From NCBI RefSeq assembly GCF_009914755.1, contig NC_060933.1: a stretch of DNA of 64,000 bases; one strand, given 5' to 3'. The position numbers were made by a program, and so were the translations under genes. Below the pieces are notes generated by a model. It was not told the DNA's origin. It saw only the letters and a list, made by a program, of their open reading frames with translations, and made no database searches. The DNA is from the human T2T-CHM13v2.0 reference genome, Homo sapiens. Numbering within the stretch: the stretch's first letter is position 1; every line of letters begins with the position of its first letter. Shown one piece after another: positions 40,545 through 56,555 of the stretch.

Positions 40545-41860
40545 TTTTTTGAAAATTTTTATTGTGGTAAAAGCGTATTTAACATAAAATTTGCCATTTT
40601 AACCATTTTAAGTGTACAATTCATTGGCATTAATTACATTTACAATATTGTGCAACCATTACCTCTGTTCCCGAAACTCTTTTTCATCACCTCAAATAGA
40701 AACTCTATGACCATAAAGCAATAACTTCCCATTTCCTCCCTCTATCACCAGTCTCTGGTAAGCTTTAATCTACTTTCCATCTCTCTGAATTTGTCTATTC
40801 TAGATATTTTATATAAACTGTCCTATTGCTAGTTTTGATCAAATGGAAATATACTGTTTTGAAAGAAGAAAGCGTAGTTACAGAAGAAAATAAGCTTAAA
40901 AACTAGGAAAATGAATTTTGGTAAGTAAGATCCCCTTTAGAAAAAACAGGGAAGAGACTGAAAAACTGTAGACTATTTCACATTTTTTGTTACCAAAAAA
41001 TGAGGTGAGTCAAGCCCCTAGTTGGAATCTGGCCAAGTTGAGTTGAGGGCTGGGTGAAGGTTGAGCTGTTAGCGCACCAGCATCAGCTGCTCTGGAAATG
41101 TGGACACAAATCACAAGAATCATGATTTAATGTTTCTGTTTTAATCAGGAGAAAACACATACAAAGGAAGCAAATAATCACTAGAGGCCTAGCAAGTGGT
41201 TGACCACCCTGTCTTGGAAAGAAGGGCTGGGATGAGGTTTGGGGGTCTGGAGCTGAAGGACAGACTTTGAGTCTTATGTCAAATGATTGTTCTATAGTTT
41301 GTAACTTGCAAACTTCTGGGTTACATGCAAACCTCTTGTATTGTCCATTAACTTGGGTCATGGTTAAGATAGATTATCAATAAATATGTATGGGTTCAAA
41401 AAAATTAAGTTGTCCTATTGTATCTAGCTTATTTCATTTAACATAATGTTTTCAAGGTCTGTCCATGTTGAGTATGGTCAGAACTTTACTCCTTTTTAGG
41501 GCTGAATCCATTTCATTGTGTGCTTGTACCTCATTTTATTTATCCATTCATCTGTTCATGGACACTTGGGTTGTTTCCACATTTTGGCTGCTGTGAACAA
41601 TGCTGTAATGAACATGAGTGGACCAATATTTGTATGATTTCCTGTTTTAACTCTTTGGGGTGTATACCCTGGAGTAGAATTGCTGGGTTGTGCAGAAATT
41701 CTATGTTGGGGCTTTTGGGGGAATTGCCAAATTGTTTTTCACCTCGACTTCACCATTGTACATTCACAGCAGCAATGTGCAAGAGTTTCACTTTCTCTGT
41801 ATCCTCACCAACACTTGTTATTTTCTATTTTTTCCCTTCTGAGGTTTGCTGACTTAGAAG
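40545..41860 (-). mobile_element. L1MB-type 3' region, interrupted at 40829-41410
   Basis: ttgtggtaaaa...ccattttaagtgtacaattc...ctagatattt | tagcttatttcatttaacataatg...ggacacttgggttgtttcca...cctcaccaacacttgttatt. Confidence 0.85.
40829..41405 (+). other. Orphan retroposed insert (AATAAA, A-tail, TSD)
   Basis: TGTCCTATTG is duplicated at 40819-40828 and 41411-41420. AATAAA at 41379-41384 and A7 at 41398-41404. Confidence 0.65.
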
Positions 41861-42115
41861 GTGTGAATTCATATTATTTTTTAGGTTAAATAAAAATCAT
41901 GTTTCAGAATAAGATATAGTGGTGTATCCTACCAGAGATGATGTATTACTAGAGATTAAGTTTGTAGGTCCTCTTCCCCCACCAATCTTCTGTTACAATG
42001 AACCAATCATTCCACTCCTTGTATTTATTAGAGGTAGCTTCTGAAGAAGCTCCCTAAGAAAGAGTAGGTCCCTTAGAAAAATTACTTAGGGTATCCTTCC
42101 TTAGAAGGTAAGACA

Positions 42116-42423
42116 GGGGTTCCCCTGGAGTCCCTGAGTGTAGCCTCCTTTTGGGGAGGGGGACAAGTGAGTAGCCCCATTGTCTGGGGAAAGGGAAAAC
42201 AGTCTGGCTCTGTTTTGAGGGCTTAAAGGAAAAAGTGGAGTGGGTTTCCGGGAAGGAATGGAGACAATTGTTTTGTTTGTGAGGTGATGGCCACTGGAAC
42301 CAGATCTGATTCCCTGCTCTTCTGGGGCCCATGGAAACCTGGAGATTGCCTGCGATCAGGGGAAGGAAGGGAGGGTGACCATTCAGAACTATACCCTTAG
42401 GAGCACTGTGTTACTGTTGCAAT
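42116..42423. promoter_or_regulatory. Candidate immune-responsive enhancer (kB, IRF-E, GAS, C/EBP motifs)
   Basis: GGGGTTCCCC at 42116-42125, GAAAGGGAAA at 42189-42198, TTCCGGGAA at 42246-42254, TGTTGCAAT at 42415-42423. Confidence 0.35.
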
Positions 42424-44327
42424 CAGCTCTTCTCAATCTTTTCCAAATTATGGGACGACTGTAATAATCTTATAGATGGAGATATTAAATCAAAGAGAAG
42501 TTGACCATTTTTAAACCTTGGAGAGGCTGCTTCTGGCTGAAGTTACTGGGAGAAGCAATGAAAGAAAAGACAACTAACACTTCTTCACTTCATCTACCAA
42601 AATATGCAGTTCTATTTTCGTTTATAGAAACTTCAGGTGATAGATCAGTAATCAACAGTGCCCTGGGAACAGTGCTCCCACGTTTTTCTACACCCCTGAC
42701 TTTTGCTTCTATGATACTGACTTTTTAAAGAGACAATTATCTTTTTAAACACCCCACCTTCTGGATTTGTTTGATAATTTTCTCACAGTGTTTTTTAACC
42801 TGTTTCTGTATCCCTTGAATTTCCTCTAAATTGGAGACTAGGGCTAAAGGCTTAAGTTCAAGTTTACATTTTTAGCAAGAATGTGTCGTAGGCGATGCGG
42901 TGGGAGTCATTTTGTATCACATAAGGAGACACAATGTCAGATTGCCCCACTATTGATGATGCTTAATCATTTGATTTGGATGGTGACCGCCAGATGTCAC
43001 CATTGTAAAGCATGTTTTCCCTTCTGCCATATCGAGTGACCTGTGTAATCTCTTGAAAAATATTCGTGTCGACAAATCCTGTTTAGAATTTTCAAGTACC
43101 CGCTGCCCTCCACAACACTTTAATGAATTTGAGACTGTCTTTGTCATCTTGATACACAGTGCTCTGTAATTTATCCTTAAGTGGCTCAAACACGTCAAAA
43201 TAAAAACTCACAGGATTATGCTAGACACCTAACTTCACAGTGCTCACACCACAGGGAAGGACCACCTTAGTCACTGTGAGAATTCACCATAATGGGCTGG
43301 TTGTTATTTTCCCCAGGAAGGGAGGGAAAATGGCTGCCATTGTAAACTGAGGAGCATAGAAATAAGACCAGCTTTGAGGAGGAACGGTGTTTTCTTCTTC
43401 TTTTTAAAGATATTTACATGTCAGCGGGTTTTACTTCTTGGAGGTAAATCACTTTCTAAATTTCTCCTTGGACTGTTCATTATAAAGTTGCTGTTTAATC
43501 TTCCTGGAACATAACCTTCAATTTTAAAGAATGCAAAGCTTTGTATTATTTGTTTAGTGAATCTATAGCGGTGCTTCCCAGCTTCCCAGTATTTTTCAGA
43601 TTATTAGCATACATAGAAAGTGATAATATTGACATGATGCACTGTGGTGTGCTAGAGGAGCTTTAGGGGCATCATGTGGGACTTATTTTTCATTATATAA
43701 TTATAATAAATATAAAATGCACATATTAGAAAATATATTAAAGATTCGATTTACAGGAAATTTCCAAAGACACTCTAAGTTTTTTTTTTTTTTCAAATGA
43801 AAAAACTTCAGCTTTCTACTATCAGTTTTTATGCTGGAAATACTGCCGTGAAATTTATGATTAAGAGTTTTAAGTAAAAACCTCTTCAAATTCTTGATAG
43901 CGCTCATCAGTGAAACTCTGCATCAGTAGGTGACCAAGTGTTTAACCATTTTTCTTCACAACCTTTGAGATTTTCTAAAAGTTAAAATTACAGTTAACAT
44001 CACTTATTTTCTTTCATTGACAAATGTAAAGTTGAAATTTTGTGGTAAATTCATTTCAAATCCAATGGAACTTTTTTATATTCAGTATTTCAAAGCAATA
44101 ATGAAGTTCTTATGAGCAGATCATCCACACATGGTTGGAAGAGTCATCTGGAGTTGCCCAGGCAACACTAAAAGGATTTCAGCTGCAAATGGCTAGCCTA
44201 CATTTGAAGACGGATTTGTCCCCCACCCCACTACCCTCCGGCCCAGTTGCAAATAAAAGCATAAAGAATAATTCACCAACCCTCTCTGGGCACACCATCC
44301 AGCTTCAGTAATTAACATTTGACAATC

Positions 44328-45760
<1,433 letters not shown>

Positions 45761-47621
45761 TTTTACAGTCCCCCCACTTTCTATTATATTTGGATTATTA
45801 ATAATGGCTATTTAAATTTTCTATATTCTCATTATTTGTTTATCTGATATGTCCTTTTCTGGGTTAAAAATTCCATTATGCTTATGATCTTATCCATTTT
45901 CATTTATTGTTCTAAGAGATTTTACTAAGATGAAAATAATTTTGGAAGTGCAAAGAGCACATGCAAGAAATGTTCAGGAAAATATGGGTTAAATGGTTGA
46001 TTTTTCAGGGAAAAGCTGTTTTTTGAGAGGTTGGGGGTGGGTAGAAGACTTGAGGATGGTGATGCTTGATTGTGGGGACCATTCATCTTGCAAGAATTCA
46101 ATTAAAATTTGAAAACACTGAAAAATTGTAAACAGGACTTTCCATTGAATACTGTTGAGGAAATGTACTTTGAGAGGTGAATGAAACCAGGTAGTGAGAC
46201 TCGCTTGAGGGGTTGCACTAGGTCAAAGAATTAGTGAGGTGTTTTCCTACTAGCCACTTTCAATCTTTTACATAGGTTCTGTGCAACTCTCTTCCAATGC
46301 CCCAACTGCTACACAAACAACATCTTTCAGGATCTTGAATCCCCAGAGGAAATTCTATTTGATTACACCCAAATCACAGTGGGATCTTGCCCTAAGCATC
46401 AAAGAGTGCCAGCTTCTGAGATTTATATAAAGCCTTTCTCTGCCAACACTGGGCAAACATACTTCTGCCTGCAGAGACCTGGACAAACATCCAAGTTTGG
46501 AGATATGAGTGGAAAAGAGGTAACAAAAACCAGCATCCCTTTATCTGACTCCCCTGTTGCCATTGGCCCACTCCATTTAGAATCTGAAACTATAATTTAG
46601 ATGCAGTCTGGGGCTCAGAAGAAAGAAGTAGAGAGCAAACCAGCTATAGAGCAGGATAAAGAAGAGTAGTCCTGTGAGAATGGGGCAGATCTCCAGTGTT
46701 CCAGGCGGATGCTGATGGATTTGTTAGGGCTGGGGAGGTCCAGGAGGCCCACAAGATCCAAGAGCCTTCCTATCTGGCAAGGGTGGGAGGGTGGGGAAGT
46801 CCAGATGGGGCTTATATGCCTGTGGGCTCTGATTTCATATGAGCTCTCTGGGTGGGTGTTCTAGACGTGGAAGAATATATTTGACCATAAGAGTCTTGGG
46901 CCGGGATAGGGAGGAGCAACCTTGAGACCAGCATGGTGGTGGTGGCAGTAATTAGTAGGAGCATCCAAAGGGTTGAGTAGCCTGGACATCCACCCCCAAC
47001 TGGAGAATTCCTCTCTGGTGCCAGCATTAGCCTGGTGTCCTTGCTTCTCATTCAGATGGGGGCAGTGTTGGAGGCCTTGGAAGAGCTGCAGTCTCCAGAA
47101 GGCTCTTTCCTACATGTGTCTGCTCCTGAACTACAGCCCCTGGCTCAGCAGTGTACCTGGCTCAGCTGCTCCCCACCCAGCACAGGACTGCAATGGGCTG
47201 CCCACATAGCAGATACTCTGCTTGCTTTGGAAGACTGAGACGTTCCTCCCACCAGCCTCCCAGACCTCTGGCCCCCAGGGTTGGCCACTATTCCTGTTGA
47301 CATCTTTCTGAGGATTTCCAGATGCACTCACAATCAGCAGACTCCAGGGATGCCTTACTTTAGTAGGGCCAAGTCAAAGCTGGACTTTCCTGTCATGGAC
47401 CACGAAGACACTGGTCACCACAGTAAAAGTGACACTTAGATGAAAAATATTGGGAAAAAATTAACAGTATGTGGTTGATGAGAAAAATGTTCCCATTTAA
47501 CAAGAGCAGGTTCCCAATGTAAATGAAAAAGATATAAACTGACAATTCACCAAAGAAATTTCCATATCCAAATTAAAAATAATTATTTTGTATTTTACAT
47601 TTACATGCACAGATAGTATAG

Positions 47622-47937
<316 letters not shown>

Positions 47938-48129
47938 CCTAACTTTTAAATATATGCCTGTGAAATACATGCTTGGAACAAAGACTGGCAGGATAGTTGC
48001 CCAGTGGATACAAGATATATTCAGGGCAGGAATGAGAGATTTTGGGTGCTTTTAGTTTTTTCCTTTGTTCTCTATAATGAACATACATTCCTTTTCTAAT
48101 TTGAAAAACTCCAACCCATGTTATTTCTT

Positions 48130-48480
48130 GATTTGTTATCTGTTGACTTAGACAAATTACCTTAAGACCTAGTGGCTCAAAACAATAAACATTCATTATC
48201 GCAGCTTCTGTGGGTCAGAAATTTGGGAGCAGCTTAGCTGGCAGTTCTGGTTTGAGATCTTTCATGAGCTGGCATTCAAGGCTGCTGCAGTCATTGAGGG
48301 GCTTGACTGGGGCTGGATGGTCTTCTTTCCAAGGTGGCTCACTCATATGACCAGCAAGTTGGTCCTAGCTGTGGGCAGGAGATGTCAGTTCCTTGCCACG
48401 TGGACCTCTCATAGGGCTGCTTTGAGTGTGCTGACATTGTAAGTGGCTCCCCCAGAGCAAGTTGTTCAAGAGAGGGGAAT
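48130..48480 (-). mobile_element. MLT1-type LTR
   Basis: agtggctcaaaacaataaacattcattatc..cttctgtgggtcagaaatttgggagcagcttagctgg...ggtggctcactca. Confidence 0.7.
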
Positions 48481-49261
48481 ACACAAGGGTAGGTGAGGAT
48501 TAGAGGGGGCCACCACACAGGTGTGGCTATCATATTTTTAAAAAGGCAATTCCTTCAATAAATGACTCTGGAATGGTGGTCTGTAAGATAGATAAAGTTA
48601 AACTGATCAGGCAGAGAGAGATTCTGATGAGGGAGTATATGATCACTTCAATTCAAATTGCATCATTTCTCTCTTAGGTCAGTTTCCCAAGAAGTCAAAG
48701 ACAGGTTCAGTCTGTAAGTCGACCCTGTGTGGCATTAGAAAAGTTAAATTTTTTATGTGATTTAAATTTGTAATGGAAATTAGTTAATTAAGTTCATAAA
48801 TGGAGCTAATTATTTGAGGGATTTAATCTGTTAAATGAAGAACTAGGGAGAGTGTTCTTATTCTATAAAAATCACTCGATTTGTGAGGAAAATGATAAGA
48901 GTTATAGTTGGAATTAAATTATTAAGACAAAACTAGATGTTTTTGATTTCCAATGTTAATATTTGGATGTTGGTGAAAACCAGTATTCACAAGCACGGAT
49001 ACTTCTCTGAGACAAAGAGCCTCAATTGGACCCTTTTAAATTTGGCCTCTGAGTATCTTGATCCCTAGTGATGGATAAGGGTATTCCAAGCATGGGATTT
49101 AAGTTTTAAAATTCTTTTAAAAATGACATTGAGTCTATTAGTCTTTGTAAATGATAGGCTCATATTTGAAAATATAGGTACAATCAAACATGTTTATATA
49201 AATATTTCTGAATACATTTCCCAAAATATAACACTAGTTATTTAAAGTTTTCTTCTTCTGA

Positions 49262-49665
<404 letters not shown>

Positions 49666-50564
49666 GGCCTCTGTGTTCTTTTAGGCTACACTTTAGAAGC
49701 TAAGAAAGTATCTTCACTTTCTGATAATTAGATGTTCCAGGCTCACAAATTTCATCTGTTCCAAGGCAAAGACACAGCCACTTTTCAAGGATCCATGCTT
49801 CCTTCTGGTGCAGGCTGTGTTAGAGACCAACATCAGGGTCATGGGGATGTACCTCCTGACTCCAGATTGCTCTACAGGAGCACTTATGCTAAGGCATCCC
49901 AATAAAACCCAGAAACCTAGTTTTTAAAATGGTTTTATATTGATGTTGCCAATTTAGTACTAATATGATTTTACATATTACCTGTGTTTGAGTCCCCATT
50001 TAAACCATACTTTTCCACCTCCAAAATTGTGTGAATTTTGCAATCATTTTCTCAACTGAAAATTGTGATTATGTTGCACATAATTTTTTTAATTGTCCAC
50101 CAACAACACCAACAACAAAAAACTGAACAGTTGTACCATCTCTGAGGGCCTTTGGTATGGAACAGACAAAGTTATAGTTGGACAAGTTTTTTTCATCGGG
50201 TTTCAGTTACACATGGTCAAGCCTAATTCTTACTAATTCAATAAGGTTAATGAATACAAAATCAATGTGAACAATTATTTCTGTCCTTTTTCACTGGCTG
50301 TAGAGTGTATTAGTTTTTAAAAAGATACCATGTATAATCAAAATGGAAGAAAAAGATAAATTATAATAAATCTAATGAAAGATGTTCAAGATCTGTATGA
50401 ACATCCTAGAGTCTCACTTGTCAGCATGTGCACATGCCATATATGTGTATAGGATTGTTTATTTAGCATTATTTAATATTAAAAGACTGAAAAGAAGATA
50501 TATATCAGTCAATCCCAGAGTACTGCTAAGTTAAAAAGTGGAGAATTAATTCAAGGGAATATCA

Positions 50565-50775
50565 CAGGGCAGAGACTGATAGAGTTTTTCTGTAAGGGCT
50601 CGATAGTAAATATTTTAGACTTTGCTACAGCAAATCAACACTGCCACTGTGGCCCCAAAGTGGCCGAAGATAGTGTGTAAATACATGGATTTGGCTGTAT
50701 CCCAATAAAACTCTTTACAAAAACAAGCAGTGAGTAGGATTTGGTGCTGCTCGGATTTGCCTACCCGTGTTCCAG
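50565..50775. mobile_element. MER58A-type hAT MITE
   Basis: ttttctgtaaggg..gatagtaaatattttagactttgc...ggctgtatcccaataaaact. Confidence 0.7.
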
Positions 50776-52712
50776 ATTGGTAAAAAAGAAAAAACTAGAT
50801 TTCATGTATCGACAAAGACAAATGATTCAAATGATTTGAACGAGGAAAAGCTGTCGCAGAAGGAAAAGTAGAATGACACCATTGACATAAAGTATTAATT
50901 CAAGCAAAACACGCTATGTGTTTTTCAAGGGGTCATGTATATGTAGCAAAAGTCTTAACATACCCATTAGACAAGGAAAAGGGAAATAGAAAACTGATTT
51001 TCAAGCTTAAGGTGATTACAATTTAACCTTAGGTACATCAGCATCTTACACAGAGAAACAGAACCATTTTCCATTGTACATTAGCTCCTAAAAGGCTCCT
51101 GAAACCAATCATCCCTCTAAACTCACAGATCAGAGGCTGCTGCTTCCCCTTCCACACAGCTGAAGTCACTGGACCCAGCTTCAGGCTGAAACTGCCTTGG
51201 CTCCAGCTGAGAGCTGGCTGAAGGAGAAAAGTATTTAAGTACGTGAGCCCTACCCTCCAGGGACTTTAAAATGCTTGGCCTTAGCATTTTAAGGAACTGA
51301 GAGAGTGGACTTCGGGCTGCTGGCAGTGGGATTTCTGGCTTCAAAAGAGACTTCCAGGTGGGTAGCCTCTGTTCTCAGGCTGGAAGAACAGCCCTGCTCT
51401 CTGTCTCTGTATCTACTAACTGTCAGTCATGGTGCTGAACTGAGGGGCATGTTGAGACCAACCTACAGCACCCAGGACAAATGAGGCCCAGAAACCAGTC
51501 TTGTTTAGTTCATATTAGTTCAGCATCACATAAAATCAAGACAGTCTATGTACTTCTGTAGGTTCCTGGCTGCTTTTGGAGAAAGTGTGAAGCCGGCAGT
51601 GTCCATCCCCAGCACTTCCCAGTGGTCGGCGATAGGATGTGGCAGCAGCTGGTTTCCCCTGATAGAGCTGCAGCAAGGAAGCTGGCTTTCCTCCTGTGTT
51701 TTATCTTTTCTTTCCTCTATCTACTTCTCAACATAAAAACACAACTAAACCTGCTTCTAACTGAAGACTCTTCTTTTCTTCTTAAGGTTTTCAGTTACAG
51801 CTGTCCTAAGTTGAGGCCAAAGTGTGCCCACTTGTTTTGGACTCTGTGTTCACAAGTGCCTCTGTCTGGAATGCATTGCTTTACTAACAAAGGAGGTGGA
51901 AGAGGGATGTCTCTGACCACAAAAGAAAGACCTGAGTTGGCAATGGATTGAAGGGATTGTAAGAGTTATGTGCTGGTGCGTGTTCCTGGGGGACCCGGAG
52001 CTACTTCCTCCCTGTACATAACCCTACACCCTCTCTCTGAGGTGTAGGGTTATATTAGCAACCCCAGGTTCATATTCAGAGGGACCAGAGAACAAAGGTA
52101 ACTGGCATATAGCTATGATGCTAGGCTAGGAAAGAGCCTCACGCACTTAGGGCAATGGTGGCAGAGTGGAAATGGTAGCAGGGCTCATGAAGGCCAAGAG
52201 AAGCCCTGATATAGTCCACTCCCCATCCCCTGCTATATCCCAGGGCTCCAGAGTGTCCCAGGAGAACATGAGAAAACTCATCATTGCTTTGGAATGGTGA
52301 CTCTTCCCATAAAGAGAATTGGTAGGCAGGAATGGCTCACTGGTGGAAGATGAATAGAGACTTGGAGACAGGAGCAGGAGATAGGCTGTGAATGCTTCAG
52401 CAATGATGGGAGTGGGTGCAGACTAACAAACTCCAGCAAAGCTGCACTCCTCCGAAGCCAGCCTGAGTGGTTGATGATAGTGGCCCAGGTGCTGCTTCTC
52501 CCAAACCAGAATGCCTAACCTCCCCTAGGAGCTTAAATTATTCTCAGGGAGTAAAGAAGAGCAGGGAAAAGGGAAGAAGTAAAATATCCTGAAGCTACTT
52601 AAGAGACAAAGAGAAACAGTCCCAGGAAGGAAGTAACAAGACTTGACTTGAATCAGATTTTCTGCTGAAGGCAAAAACTGGAGTTTTAGAGATAAGAGCA
52701 GAAAGGTAGTAA

Positions 52713-53043
<331 letters not shown>

Positions 53044-53187
53044 AGTAATGCCCTTTCAAATCTAATGTGATATCACTTAAACTCAGTGCACCTGTATTGA
53101 GATCTCATGAAGAACTTGTTTCACAGCAATGCTATACCTTAAAACGCCCATCAAGCTCATCTGAGGATAGACTTATACTACCTCCTT

Positions 53188-53400
53188 GCAAGGTTTCTTG
53201 ACCTTATGAGCTGGATGATTCTGTTTGGGGCAGGGCTGTCCTGTGCAATGTAGGGTGTTCAGCAGCATCCCTTGCTTTTACCTGCCAGATACCAGTAGCA
53301 CCCACCTCCTAGTTAGGACAGCCAAAAATGTCTTCACACATTGCCAAATGTCCCCTTGCAGTACAAGACCTACCTCCCCACCCCAGTTGAGAGTCGTTGT
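53188..53400. mobile_element. MER20 hAT MITE
   Basis: gggctgtcctgtgcaatgtagggtgttcagcagcatcc...aaaaatgtcttcacacattgccaaatgtcccc. Confidence 0.8.
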
Positions 53401-56400
53401 GCTAAGGCTATCTCCTCTCCTGTGTGTAGGATCCTGGGGCATAAATTAAAACACGTGGAGGTAACCTCCCAGGCATAGCTAGCAACTCCAGCTGCGCTCA
53501 ATTCCCTTCCTATCCAGAGGATTCCAGGGAAGCAGGAGCCTTGGCTGGGCAGGACCCAGATTTGCCCACCAAATGCAGAGGAGAATGGCTGGAGGGAACC
53601 AGCAAGTTCAGATGACCAGCAGCTCTAAAAGACAAAAGGACTAAGGACATCTCCAAAGAGTTAGTATAATAAGATGAAGTATGACTGCGTACTGTTAAAT
53701 AGGCACTTGATAAGCTTCACTATCTTGGGATATGGGGTTTACATGCCTCGAGAATGAGGTTAGTCTTTGGTAGGAGACTTAAAGATACTTCATAGTGGGT
53801 GGGTCTGTTATGAATGTCATTGAACCTTAGTCACTCAACATGTATAGGTTGTTTTCAGGAAAAACCATCTTGGAGTGACAACTGTACCTGGAACTTAAAC
53901 TGTTATGGTGGAATTGGTAATGGTGACAAAAGCCTATGTTTCTTCCAAATCCTAAGTGTCTTCAAACTCTACCACAACTTTGATCTTTTGAGAGCTTTTC
54001 AAGAAAAATGGATGAAACACAGGCTTGAGCCTAGACCCCAATTAAAATGTCAGGTTATTTATTTATTTATTTATTTTACATAACCAAACAACCAAATCCA
54101 CTTTTGCTAACCCTGTATCCTAGCCCTATGGTGCTCTGGTTTCTTCTCTCATCAAACCAGGTTTTCCTGACATACCCCAGACTTCAAAGGCTTCATATCT
54201 GTTTTTGAGGAAATTAATACCTGTGAGGACTAGGACTCTGAAGACTGAGGCAAAATCTTCATGTTGAAGGGATGGGAAAAGAACAGTCCTGTCAGAACAA
54301 GGTAGGATCCCAGGTTCTTGCCATTAGAGGCTGGGGAAGGGAAACATCTAGGAGAGTAGAACAGATAATTCTTTTCTCCATTTGTTGTATAAACTTGGTC
54401 CCACTCCCAGCATTGAGCAAGGCAGAGTTAAACCATCAGAAAATAATTACCTATGCAGGAAGTCAGTCCTGTCAGAACAGCATGACAGCTGCTGGTGGTC
54501 AAGTCGAGTTCTGGATTTTAGCCACCCAGCCTGAGGGTCTGTGTCCGAGAACACAGCAAGATTTGGGAGATGGAGCACAAGGAATAGGAGGGCAATGTCC
54601 CTTAATTGCAGGGACAACTCATCTTACCAGAATTAGATTAAGTCATTGAAAACTAGGTTGTCTTCCTGAATATTCTTGGAAGTCTATCTTGATAGGTGTC
54701 AAATCAGACATACTAGCAGCTCCTTTGAATGATCGGGGATTGGGGTTCTCTAAGCTTCAAATCCCCTCAGCTGTGCCAGAGCTACCCTACTCAAGGCTGC
54801 GCCTCATTGCGATGAGACTTGCACAAGGGAGGCTGGGGGTGGGGGAAATGGATTCAAACACGAAGCTTGTGCCACCTACCAGGCAGTAAGTCAGTCGTTT
54901 TTTCTCTGACGAGGGGTTTCCTGTCTCGGCATCTATAAAACTGTGGCAGGATAACTTGTTAGCTTGAAAATAGGGTAAAATCTTGACTCTTGATGGTTCT
55001 TAAGTTTTGGTGATGAGAATGGGACACAAACCTGGATTTCTGCAAGAGAAAGGACAAAGATCCTTTGCAGGCTGGGTCAGGGGAGATGAGAAGCAAGTCC
55101 CTTGAGACCCTGTGTCTGGTAGTGAACGCTGCTGCCCAAGTGTGAGGGTAAGTCTTCACTGTCCTGTTAATGAGACTAAGGGGTTGAGACTAGGATTGAA
55201 ACAAGCAGCCCCAATAGTGCTTTTAGTCATTTGCTTTCTTCCTAGTGGGGAGAAGGAAGGTCAAGGAGTCACTAAAGCTGACACAGGGTGTCGGGTGAAC
55301 GAAACTGGTTGAGCCATGAGCAGCTGTTTAGAGACTGACAGTAATGGGCCTGGCTTACTGGTGTAAGTTACAATGCCTTATTGGACTCCTTGGACATTGG
55401 AAACAGAACAGGTCTGACTTTTGTCAACTGGGGCCTCTGGCAAAGGGAGTCAGCCTCCCACCTGGAGGTGCCATTGGTGTCCTGGAGTTGTGGCCCCTCT
55501 GACAGGGCTACCCAGGTAGACCTCTTTTGGAAAGTAGCTCTTGGCTTCTTGAGTTCCCATTGAAATGAAACACCTCATCTCTAGAGGCTTTGTGACTTAG
55601 TCCTGAAATTATCATTTTGGGATGGGTCAGTTTGCACTCAAAGACTAACAAGGTAGAAAGCACCCCAAAAGCCTTGCTTAGAAATAGCCGTGACATAGCC
55701 AAGAACGAAACAGTCTTTGCCCAGTGGTATCTTGGCTTTATGCGGAAAAGTAGCTGTAATTCCTATGGAGAAACTGCATTCTACCTACTCTGCTACTGGG
55801 GAGGAAAAGCCACTGGCCCAAGATGCCCTCCTTTGTACTTGCCTGAGCCTGCCTCAGTGAGGGTCTGGCTGAGTTGAAACCTCAGTGTCCACTGGGCTGA
55901 TGCAAGTCCTCAGCCTCAGAGCCAGCCCTGCAGAGCTAAGAGTGAATGTGGTTGCCCTACTCAGAGCAGAATTCAAACTGCTGGGCTGTTAATGGCCTGT
56001 TTGCCAGTTCATGTTCTAAGTGGAAGAAACAGATCAAATAGTCCTCTCAAACTGGAAACTATCTGGCTCACTCCCTCAGATACCCATGGCAAAGGCTGGT
56101 TCTGAAACTAACTAGAATCAAGCTGCTGATTGAACTGAACTGTGTTTTGATGCAGAGGCTACTGTTGCACACCAAACTTCTGACTCCTGCCACAAGCTCA
56201 TGCAATATCACAAAAGGTAATTCCCTTTTCCCTGCCTGGAAGATTGACTTTATCAGCTCTGAGACCCCCTTCTAAGACTGTTTCTCCATAGATTCTTCCT
56301 CAGGTTATTTATGAGCTTATTTTCCCTAAGCCAAAAAGGAGGCCTTGGGGACTCAAACCTGTTAAATCTTAGTGTCCTATCTCTTTCACCTGATCTACAG

Positions 56401-56555
56401 AAGGTCTGGGTGTGAGCAGGGAATGGTTGGATAATAGCTGGAGTTGTAGCTCCTGGAATGGGACATCAATTTTGTGGAGATGATGGAAGAGCAACAAACA
56501 AGCCAGCATCTGCTGAGGTGACCTGTCTTACACCCTAGGAGGTGAGAAAGAAAGA

